A stretch of 64,000 bases of DNA from Bigelowiella natans CCMP2755. Its lineage: Eukaryota > Protista > Cercozoa. The translations under genes were made by a program, and so were the position numbers. Position 1 is the stretch's first letter. Every line of letters starts with the position of its first letter. The stretch is taken from assembly GCA_000320545.1 (NCBI GenBank), contig ADNK01003302.1, positions 1 to 64,000 of the forward strand. Reading direction: 5' to 3'. Positions 1 to 10,086 of the stretch are shown piece after piece. Below the pieces are notes generated by a model. The model was not told where the DNA came from. It was given only the letters and a program-made list of their open reading frames with translations, and made no database searches.

Positions 1-2
1 CC

Positions 3-320
3 TTAAACCGTACCCGTCCCGTTCCGTCCCTCCCCTCCCCGACCCCCCCTACCCCCCCCCCCTACCCCCACACACACACACACACACGCCTGCATGCACA
101 AGACACCAACCTTTTTCAACATCTCTTTCATCTGGGACATAGCAAGGGATCTCAGGTCAAGCCGTTTCTCTTCCTCGCTGGCATCTTCATCAACTGGCGG
201 CCATTTGCACAAGGGCTTAGCAGCGGAGGAAGACGCATTTTCGGACATCTTTTCTGTGATGAGATGGAAAGGAGAATGGTAAATGCCACCGCGTGCAACT
301 TGTGGCGTGGTGGCTGGCAA
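3..320 (-). CDS. Possible 5' exon of a hypothetical gene running off the left edge
   Basis: ORF segment ...MSENASSSAAKPLCKWPPVDEDASEEEKRLDLRSLAMSQMKEMLKK, followed by a GT and a (GT)n/G-rich tract that looks intronic. No homology recognised. Confidence 0.3.
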   Translation of the reverse strand: MPATTPQVARGGIYHSPFHLITEKMSENASSSAAKPLCKWPPVDEDASEEEKRLDLRSLAMSQMKEMLKKVGVLCMQACVCVCVGVGGGGRGGRGGEGRNGTGTV

Positions 321-559
321 TGAAGGCGAGGAGGCAGGAAGAATGAAGAGCAGTGAATGCTAGAACACAGCGCGTAAATGAGGAGAACGCGAGTTCGTCG
401 CTCGTGTTCGATGTGACCCTGAGCACATGCGCATGCGGTAGATGTCCTCGAGCATTCCGGGCATTCGCTATTCTTTCTACTTTGTCATCGGTACCAACAA
501 ACAACACAGTTCACCTAGCCGCAACTCGTCATCTTGGCTTCCCTAGGTGTGGGTCACCA

Positions 560-1190
560 GCTAGTTGTGCAACTCATCACCAACAGGGTGCTGACAAGTC
601 CTTGCAACCTTTCAAAAACTTTGGTGCCTGAACCGCCGCGTCGGTGTCCATCTCGCACGCTGCCGCCTGAAGAAACTCAAGGAGTCGGCGATCACGAAAG
701 AATTGTTCGTGCTCGTGGGAGACGCAAAATCTCCACGTGGAAAACAATGGAAGTGAACACCAACCTTGCCCACCCAGGCCAGCAGGCCAGCACTGGAGCA
801 GGGCAAGCTGGCAAGGCTGCAGAAGGTGCAACACGTGCGTCCTTTGTTGATGAACCATCGGGTCGCTGTCGCACCCGTGCAAAAGACTCATGAGAGACTT
901 GTCCCAGGCCACACTCGGACAGCAAAAAACACAAGGGCTGGCAATGAGCTCTGAGGGCTGCACTCATTTGGGTCTTCCCAGAGAGCTGTGTCTGTGTCTG
1001 GACGCTCTGCAACTGGTCCTCAAGGTGTTGTGGCAAGATGGGGGAAACCAGTCCCACACCATGCTCAAGGATGGGGCGAACGAAAGTGTCCCAGAGATGA
1101 ATCCGTGTTCTGGGCTGTGAGCCTGCATGCCCAGCATCCCAGCATGCAACAAGCACAACAGTCAAGCCTGCGGAGGCTCTCTTTGCTGTT
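560..1190 (-). mobile_element. Degenerate non-LTR retrotransposon (LINE) ORF2 fragment, region just C-terminal of the RT domain
   Basis: Minus-strand translation RTRIHLWDTFVRPILEHGVGLVSP...LEDQLQSVQ resembles the common LINE motif 'LYxxxVRPILEYGxxxWSP...LESVQ'. The conserved Tyr appears as His (CAT at 1063-1061). No intact RT core seen. Confidence 0.55.
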
Positions 1191-1367
1191 GAACAATGAA
1201 CAATGAACAATGATGACGAACCACATTTCCAAAGTGTTGCAAGACATTTGCAGTGTGCGAAGTGCAGTGCCTCGAACAATGAACAATGAACAATGAACAA
1301 TGACAAAGAACTGCACTTCCAAAATGCAACAAGACATTTGCAGTGTGCGAAACGCAGTGCCTCGAAC
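1191..1367. repeat. Two imperfect ~85-90 bp tandem units, each (GAACAAT)3-4 plus a shared tail containing CAAGACATTTGCAGTGTGCGA...GCAGTGCCTCGAAC
   Basis: Direct alignment of 1211-1277 with 1301-1367. Confidence 0.9.
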
Positions 1368-1869
1368 TAACTTTGGTGAGGACCATCTGGTGAAACCAAA
1401 AGGAATCAAGAATGGCATTGTGGCCACTCCTCCGTTCCTAGTTTCATTGTTTGCTGGTGCCTGATGTTTGCCAACTTCAGGATCACGCATCCCCAAATCC
1501 TGTCGTGATGGTTTGCTCATGCTTGGAGATCACCAAGCAAGAACACCACACCTGCGACCCCCAAGAGCACAATCCCATGGACCACACCTTCATGGTCTAC
1601 TTCACACCTGCCACAACATCCCCGGCTCGAACTGTTGAGTTGTGAGCTAAGAGCGTTTCACTCTGGTGAATGTCGCAGGCAAAAAATTAAAGGCATTTTC
1701 GACAAATTTTTGCCTAAAGTGGGATGGTCACAACAGCGCCAGCACCTCACTGTGGAAACCTCCTTCAGAGAACGATGATGATGATGATGATGATGATGAT
1801 GAAAATCAAATGAACAATTTGAAAGGGCAAAAGGGGCCGAGCATTGTCTAAGGCGAAAAATAGTTCTCA

Positions 1870-3246
1870 GGATTCGGAAAGCCACCACAAACAAAGGAGA
1901 ATCAAGTACAAGAGCGAAGGTCGAGGTCCATTTGGAAAGGGAAAAGACGAAGAGGCATGTTCACTGTGAGTGATCTTTTCAAGGACGTGTATAAACGGCC
2001 TCCAGGCCATGAAGAATCCAATCGTGCTAGAAAATGTGAGAAAAGGGTTTTGAAAAGTGTCATCCGGCAAACAGATTTTCACAACAAACAAGTTGAGGAG
2101 GAAGAAATGTGGGCATCAAGGAAGAAGGAAGAGGATCTGGTAGGAAAATATTCTTTTTCCATGTAAAATGTCCATTTTTTCACTGTCACATAAATGTTAC
2201 AACATAGGGGTAGAGGTACACAATTTAATTTGAATGTTATTTGTTAGGATGAGCGAAGGGGGCCAGTGAAGAAAGGCCCTACGGGCAGAAAAGGTTACGA
2301 TACTCGAGGAGAGAATGGCGATGCCAGACATTCGTCACGTAAAAGACGGGGAAATCAGCCCAAAACAATATATATTAGAAAGAAGCCGCGGAAAAATGGA
2401 GGAGAACAAGATGCAGATGCGTCATTAAAATTCAAGAAACGAGCCGTGAAAATTGACTGGGAAGCAGAGGTTGACAGATACAACTTCCATAAAATTAACC
2501 CTAAGAACCTACTATTTGAAACACAACACAGGCTAAAACTATTTGTGTATATTTTTTAGCGTAGAAAGAATGAACGACTACGGGAACAGGCATGGATGGA
2601 GCGCTCGGCCTCGGATCCTCGCAGCGCGTAAGTTGTTTTGCTATGATACATTCAAAATTGTTATGAACTATGCGCTTCATTTATGGATTTCTTGCGTGCT
2701 AGCTCATAGAAATTGGGTGCATTACGTAGGTTGTTACGAAAAGTAGATATTGAAAGGAATATAGACGCAGGAGCGAGTGGTGAGAAAGAAGCGAAACAGA
2801 AGATTACAAAAGAATGCATAGACAACGACAGCACCTCAGACGTCGCAACAAATTCAAGTCAGCCAAAAGGCCGTAAGCACGTGAAAAAATCTCCGAAAAG
2901 GGAAAAAAGGAAAAAAAAAAAGGAGAAGAAGAGGAAGGAAAAGAAGAAAGAAAAGAGAAGGAAAAGGGAAAAAAAGAAGAAACGTCGCAAGGAAGAATCA
3001 GATCACAATGACGATAGAACGGAAGTTGAGGGAAGAGGAAACATCTCGACCGAACAAAAGGCTGATGTAATTTATAGTAATCATAACAATGTTCCTGGTG
3101 CTCAATTCCAAAAGCGGGATACAAATGTCCCAATTGACGTCAACGTTTCCGCTGCAGCTGATGGTAATGGAGGTGGTGATGGTTCAAGTTTGTCAAATTG
3201 TGTCCTTGCTGCTCTGAAGGAAGATGAAAGTGAGGCAGAAGACTAG
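1870..3246 (+). CDS. Spliced hypothetical Lys/Arg/Glu-rich protein (5' end uncertain)
   Basis: Consistent GT-AG introns at about 2140-2247, 2470-2559 and 2628-2729 join frames ...DERRGPVKKGP...IDWEAE/RRKNERLREQAWMERSASDPRSA/LLRKVDIERN...EAED*. Long basic KKKEKKRK tract. Normal TpA content. Confidence 0.5.
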
Positions 3247-4456
3247 AAAATACCCTAGTATGATGAACTAGTGGTGACCGACATCTTAGCTGCATGTTCA
3301 ATCAACCTGCAACACTTGCAGTTGATTATCTGTGCCGGAGCACGTATCTACAGCCATACATAATAAGCAATATGTAGACAGAGAACGTAGCATGCATGTG
3401 TGATGATGTGGAATTTATGCTTATGGCTCTCTTTACATAGCATGCATGCACATGTGACGGTGTGATCCATGTAGCCACGCACCACATCTAGCAGATCTAG
3501 AGATGCCGCGCTGTCAATCGCGCCGCGCCTTCATGGAGCGCATTTTCATTGTCAAAATGCGTACACTAGTGGCACGCATCACAGAAACACCAGTCCAGAA
3601 GATGACACAAATGCTTCGCGCATGCATGCACACCACATGCGCAACACTGGAACACGCCTAGCTAGCTGGCTAGCTAGACGCTCACGGCCATGCACGTCTG
3701 AACGTCGCATCCAGCCCTGGAGGCATGCAGGCATGTAGCACTCCATCTAGCTGTGCCATTTGCGATGCCCATGGCTTGATCACGCTGCTGCCAATGAAGC
3801 GGCGTAGACCATTGAGTCGCAAGTCACAAAAGAGCGTTGACATCATCAAAGCTCCACCGCACACACACTCTCAGACGCACTGCGCCAGCAGCATGACACA
3901 ACCAGCAGAAACCCGGCAACACTCTGCTGGTCTGGATTTAGCTGGGTGCAGCAGCATGCAACTCGACACCACACCAAGTGACGCTTGAAAACTTTCGAAT
4001 GCGATGAGCATGTGCAACGCTCGAGCAAGTTTCAGGGCGCGCGGGCGCGCACACGCACTTCCTGCTTTGCATGTGGTCATTCCAACCCTCAGATTTGGAA
4101 GCAACCTCACGCTGTTGTGAACACGGCAACTCGATCCAACGGCACGTCTAGACGTGCAAATCCACAATTGAGCATCGCGCACCTTTTCTGGTTTCAGCAA
4201 ACCAATGCCACACACGCTGGCACGGTTTGAGCATTTCGGGGCAAAAAAATGTTTTTTTGAGAACGAACGTCGCGTTTGTGGCGCTGCGATGCATGGCGCC
4301 ACGATGCAGCTGTCCGCTCAAGTGCGACAAGACACACAAGGCGTGCCAACGGAGCTGCACGTGCGTGTCGGACGCACCAGCACGACACTCCACGTGGGAC
4401 GATGCGGCACAATGAAAAACTCTCCGCGCAGAAGTTTCTCAGAAAGTTCGCAAGTG

Positions 4457-4879
4457 GCGACATGACAAAATTGAAAAGCTGACATTGCGACATGACAAAA
4501 GTGAAAAGCTGACAGCTTTTCATTCAAGTCGCAATTGCAACAATTCAGACACATCTCGACAGAACTCAAAAGTCCAAGTGACACATTGAGATCAGAACTC
4601 AACTGCACAAGCAAGCAACCAAGCACACTCAGAACTCAAACGACCAAGTGACATCAGAACTCAAACGTTCAAGTGACAAAGCAACTCAAGGACCAAACAA
4701 CAATGCAACTCAACGACTCATGCGACTTCAGTTCTCAACACGAGACCACATTGCACCACGCCCAACGCTGCAACAATCGACAGCTGCACTCGATGCAGAA
4801 CGAATCGGTTGCATGCGAGGGCGCACATTGCTGCAACAATCGACAGCTGCACGTGATGCAGAACGAATCGGTTGCATGC
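4457..4879. repeat. Cluster of short tandem/iterated repeats
   Basis: 28-bp unit x2 at 30-bp period (4457-4514); CAGAACTCAA x4 and CAAGTGACA x3 (4560-4680); 50-bp unit x2 at 63-bp period (4767-4816, 4830-4879). Confidence 0.85.
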
Positions 4880-5199
4880 AACAGTGCGCATGCGTCTCAA
4901 CTTCAACCCTGCGACACGCATGCTTCTGCACACGTGCGCAGCACCTCTGGACCTCAGATCCACCACCGCGGCACGCTGACCGATCAGCGTCACCCATTCC
5001 GAAGCACGCAGCTTGCCTGGACGAAGAGTTCAAGGACAACAGCCCGGCTGCGGCCGTTCTGCATGCGAATGGTTTCAATGCCGCGTCGCATCATCGCACC
5101 GCGCCTGCTGTCATGCAGGCTGAGCAAGTTCAGACAATCAACAAGGACATTGACAGCATGCCAACTCCCACGCAAGCGATGAATGCCAGGGCTGGGCAC

Positions 5200-5410
5200 A
5201 AATGCTTGAAAACAAACGTGTTTGCAAACACACTTGAACAAACATTGTTTGTTCAAATCAAGTGCTTGTTTGCGTGAGCTGGAGCAGCATTTGAACAAAC
5301 CAAACACAAGTTTGCAAGTGTTTGGTGTTTGGAAATGATTTTTCAAAGTGTTCGCATTTGTTCAAACCAAATCAAATCATGCAAAATGTGTTTGCAAACA
5401 TTTTTGGAAG
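5200..5410. repeat. Palindrome-rich block 1 (TGTTTGCAAACA / TTGAACAAAC motifs)
   Basis: Perfect palindrome GTGTTTGCAAACAC at 5218-5231; 11-bp-arm inverted repeat TTGAACAAACA-T-TGTTTGTTCAA at 5234-5256; TGTTTGCAAACA at 5389-5400. Confidence 0.85.
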
Positions 5411-6599
5411 TGTTTCAAGAAAATCACCAAAATTGAGCTTTTGCATGCGTCCAGCGTGGCCAATTGTTGCCGACATTGCTAGACAAATTTGAGATCGCCT
5501 GAGCTTGCGTTGTCGGTGAATTTCTGAAGAAAAATCACCCACGTGGCCACGGCGACCAGGCTAGCTGGCTAGGCCTGCGCATGTGCTGCGCATGCGCAGC
5601 ATGCACTCACGCAGCCGCTGTGCCATGCGCCAGCACACGTGCTGCGCACTGCTGCTCTGGTGCTGTTGGACTGCACATGCCAGCATGTGCATTGCTAGAT
5701 TGTGACGGACCATTGAAAAAAGTGACAGATCATTTCATTGCATCCGTCTCGCCACCATCTCGCCAGCATCTCGCAGCACTGATGAAACTTCATTGCTGCT
5801 AGCTCCAGTTGGCCAGGGCTAGCTGGTCAGCAGCACGTGCAGCAGCTGCTGTTGCGATCGTGCACATCTTGCGAGAGCGCAGCTCATTCTCATTGGTGCA
5901 ACAAACTGGCAATCAAAAACACGTGTCTGCAACATGCTGCATTGCTTTTGCTTCCCTGATTTCACCAAAGAAACAACCAATCAGATGCCATGTCAGCACT
6001 GTTTCAAATTGCATTTGCAATTGACAACCCCACCCGCAGGGCTTGTCATTTTCCATCAGAATGCATCTTCATGCATGAAGCTCCATTTTGGAGAAGCATC
6101 ACTCGGCATGAAAAGAAAAGTGATGATTTGAAGCCACGTCAGTCGAGTCCGAACGCATCTTCTTGTTGTGTGGCTTGACACTGACAGCGCGTCGAAGTGC
6201 ATTGTCGACAGACACAGCTGAAGCATGGGCAATGCTCAACAAATTGTCAAAGTTGGACAGATTTTGGAAAGTTCTCAAACACGAGAAAGGCACAGCTGGA
6301 GGTTGCAAAGTGGAGAAAAATGGTTCCTGAGTCTGTGGGGCTGAGTCCTGAGTCCTGAGCAGCCATGAGACGGATGTGATGAAGTGATTGAATCTTTTCA
6401 ATGGCAGCATGTGTGCGCCATGATGCTGCACATCCACATGCGCATGGCGTCTGCGCAACAACCACGTCCATCTGCAATGAGTTGTGAAGTTGTGCCTGTG
6501 CGATTGTTTGTTCCCTTTGTCACACGTTGCACAATGCGCATTCAAATGCATTGCGATTTGGTCTGTCATGTCGTGCTTTGCGCGCGCAGCTGCGCAGGA

Positions 6600-6790
6600 A
6601 CGTTTCAAATTTTTCAAATTGTTTGCAAATGATTTTCACAGGAAAATGTTTGCAAACATGTTTGCAAATGCTGCTTCTTGTTCGAACATCATTTGAACAA
6701 ACCAAACACCAGTTTCGCGACACGTGGGCATTGTTTGTTCAAATCAAACACTTGTTCAGAAGCAAAGCAAAGTGTTTCCAAACAAAAAAA
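6600..6790. repeat. Palindrome-rich block 2, related to block 1
   Basis: ATGTTTGCAAACAT at 6646-6659; shares CATTTGAACAAACCAAACAC and CATTGTTTGTTCAAATCAA with 5240-5310. Confidence 0.8.
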
Positions 6791-7383
6791 ATCATTTGTG
6801 CCCAGCTCTGATGAATGCACAAACCGAAGGCGCGACACGTTGCAAAAAAATTTTCAAAATCGATTGTTTGCACCTTCGCGTGCGTCAATTTGTTTCTGTC
6901 GCAACGCGAAAAGGTCCACGTGCAGAGGTTTTTGAGCGCACTGGAAGTCACCAGGAGCTCGTCAGATCGAGTCCACTGGAGTACATTCGCAATGCATGCA
7001 TGGAACGTGTTTTTTTGCAAACTTCCAATCTTTTGATGAAACTTGCCACGGTGCAGCCACCGCCACTAGACCATGCTCTGGTGCTGACACGCTCGCAAAG
7101 CCGATGTTGCAAGTTTCTCCTGTTTGTGAACGCATTTCTGTCAGCTCATCATTGGAAGCCACCAGGAGCTCGCCACCGCGACAGCGCATCCACCTAGCCG
7201 CGCTAGCAATGCAGCACGGGACCGCACGTGCAATGCACAAAAATCTGCTGTGTTCCTCAGGGACGACATGCGTGACACATTTGGACATCTAGACATGGAT
7301 GCATCTAGACATGGATTTGCCATGTCTAGATCCAGAGATGTCGCAGCGTTCGTGACTGACCCACCTCAGCGGCTGCATTCTGC

Positions 7384-8844
7384 ATGCAGTGCACCAACCT
7401 GGACGATGTCGCGTGGCTCGATGCTGTCATGCACAACGAGTTCCTCCCTGAGATCGCGCGCCGGGCTGTCGCGCCCAACGTTGCCGCATGCAACCAGTTC
7501 GTCGGACGGGCCACGCAACACCTGCGTGACACGTTCAATTCAGAATTTGCTACTTCAAAAGTTCACAGAAAAGGAAATGATGCAAACATTTTTGACGACA
7601 CAGGTTCATTTGACATTGCACACCTTCCAAGATTGTGCGACAATCAGGACAAATCAAAAACCGGATGTCTTTCCAACAAAAACACAGAAACATCGCACAA
7701 AAAAGGTTCCATTGAACATCAATTTCAAGAACTGATGAAACCAACATCAAGGCCATCAATTTCAGCATTGGATTCAACTTTCAAAGCTCCCGAGCCTTTT
7801 GAAAATGAAAATTGCAGCGGGGACCAATTTCGTTCCAGAGGAGGTCTTGATTTCCCCATGCTTTTGTGGGCCGCGCAAAGGCACAACACGTCGATCACGG
7901 AAGCCAAACACAAGTTCAACCTCCTCAAAAGCCTTTTGGAAAAATCAATGAACACGAACAAAACGAGCGCAGCCGACGCGCTGATCGGGAAGATGAACCT
8001 GATGCACCTGATCCAGGACGCCCGGACCCAGGTCGATGTGCTCAACCAGTTCCTCCCGGATGTCGATCCGCACACCCTCTGCAACCGGCTCGAGCTCGAG
8101 AACGTGGTCGGGGTCCACATCGAGAGCGCTGAGAACAGCTGCAGCAGTGACCAGGGAATCGGCAACAAGAAGGGCTCCGTCACGTTCCCCAAGATCAAGA
8201 CGGTGCTCGGTCTGCACGATTTCGTCAGCTCGGCCCGCAGCCGCAAGACCAACATTCTGACCGACACGATCTTCTCCAAACTCAACGCCCCCCCGTCCGC
8301 AGCTTCCGGGGCCCCTGGAGCCATCAAGGTCTGGGACATCAGCCCGCAAGCCCGGTGCAAAGCCTTCCACGCGCACACCCCGATCGCCTGCTTCGATGCA
8401 CACATCGAGTCCGAGCAGCGCAAGTGTGAAGCGCACAACGTGCAGTGCAAAGGAAATTTTGGTGATGACAAAAAGCAGCAGCTCACAAAATGCAAAGGCA
8501 TGACGATGAGCAAAGATGCGATCGATGCGGCTGTGAACCCTCTCATCCCTCGCTACTTGTCCTGGGTGCACCTCATCCCGGAAGGGAGCGTCACCTGGAT
8601 CATTGACACCAGTCTCCCTGGCAAGATGCACGTCGTGCACCCATTCTGGGAAACCACCGACACTGTGCTCAAACGCAGACGGGGGGGTGAGCGCAAGGGA
8701 AAGAGCAGCAACACAAACCTGCAGGAGCTGACCACCGTGCCCGATCTCGAGCATGCGATGTCGCACCTCCACCTCCCGCCTTCAGTGTGTGTCACAAACC
8801 CTCTCATGAACTTTGAGGAGCATTGCGAGGGGGCAGAAACCTGA
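7384..8844 (+). pseudogene. Intronless 486-aa orphan ORF, probably a hypermutated foreign (viral/TE) gene
   Basis: Protein-like composition and a GC3-rich middle, but only one Tyr (in a CTAC context) and an excess of His/Cys at positions where Tyr would fit. No family recognised. Confidence 0.55.
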
Positions 8845-9447
8845 ACATGACGATCAACACCAACAGCACTGGCGGCGGGGGCGCCGCCCCGGCCCCGGCA
8901 ACAGAGTCCGCGGAAAACTCGAATGTGTTGCCCGACGACGTGTCCAGCCTGAACCTGACGGCAGCTGACGTGACAGAACAAAGTGCAGGAACTGACCCCA
9001 GTCATCAAGTTCATCTTGGTGCGCCATTCGCAGCTGCGTGAGGATGCTTCCGGTGGGGCACCCCAACAGCACCGGTCGGTGATTTTGTTTGGTCGGCTTT
9101 GCAAGCACCACGCCGCAGATCGATTTCTCGTCGAGAAAAAAGGGGCTGTCCTCGTCTTTCAGCTCCGCGCTTGGCCGTTCAGCAAGAAGGGCGGCTTTTT
9201 TTCGATCGAATCCTGCGCATTTCGCAACGTCGTGGCAATTGTTTGTCAGAAACTCAGTGTCGATTTCTCCCATTTTCGCATCCTTGTGTTTTTGCTTCTT
9301 GTTTTTTTTCATGTCTCTTTGTCAAGTGTTGATTTTTTGTGTTTTCAGTGTGTCAACTTGTGTCGGTCTCAACAACAGTGCATCGCCGCAAAACAGAGAA
9401 AAAAAAACAGGGTGTGACCGAAAAAAAAAACTACGAACAAGAGTGTC

Positions 9448-10086
9448 TTGCAATCAAAACAACCAACTCCGTGCAATGTGCTCAAAAACGACAAAACCAA
9501 AGTGAACGAGATGCAAACGCGCCGGTTGCTTTTGAACAATTGCATGATGCACACGTTCGCGCAAAATTCCGGCATTTGTGACATGCAAATTGCTGACACT
9601 TTGAATGCAGTGACATTGAGTGGTGTGAAAAACATTGAACAGCACATGATGCTTGTGCGCGAATGCACACTGCGCGCAGACAGCGACGCAGAGTGCGCCT
9701 CGCTGCAGAGAGAGAACATCGCGCGCATCCTGGTCGGCGCAGCCGAGGCTTTGTGCACTCATCAGTGTTGCTTGCACAGGAAGTTCTGCGAATGCAAAAG
9801 CAGGGAAAAATCTTCAGAAAGTGGTGACAAAGAAAAAAAGGAACACATGCAAAAATGCCAATCGTGCAAAATCAAAAGCACAAACAACATGGCAAATGTC
9901 ACACTCATGATGGAAACCGTGAACTCCATGTGCGAACATGAGGTCATCGGGACCACTGTGTGCAAGCACATCATGAGTCAGTGCAGGCGCTGCCATGCAT
10001 TCAAAATCAACAGCAAACCACTGAAAATCATTGCTGAGGACGAAGAGAGTGCGTGTGGATTGAATGAAATGACCGATGTTTCGTGA
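9448..10086 (+). pseudogene. Intronless 212-aa orphan ORF, hypermutated
   Basis: No Tyr and many Cys/His/Met. Reads as a plausible helical protein if many C/H are restored to Y. Same strand as the 7384 ORF. Confidence 0.45.

Noticed and set aside
1191-1303. (GAACAAT)n as a telomeric repeat
   Set aside because: Only 3-4 units embedded in a larger duplicated unit, and not a G-rich telomere motif.
4560-4880. CRISPR-like spaced repeats
   Set aside because: Only 2-4 short degenerate units, irregular spacing, no cas genes, eukaryotic context.
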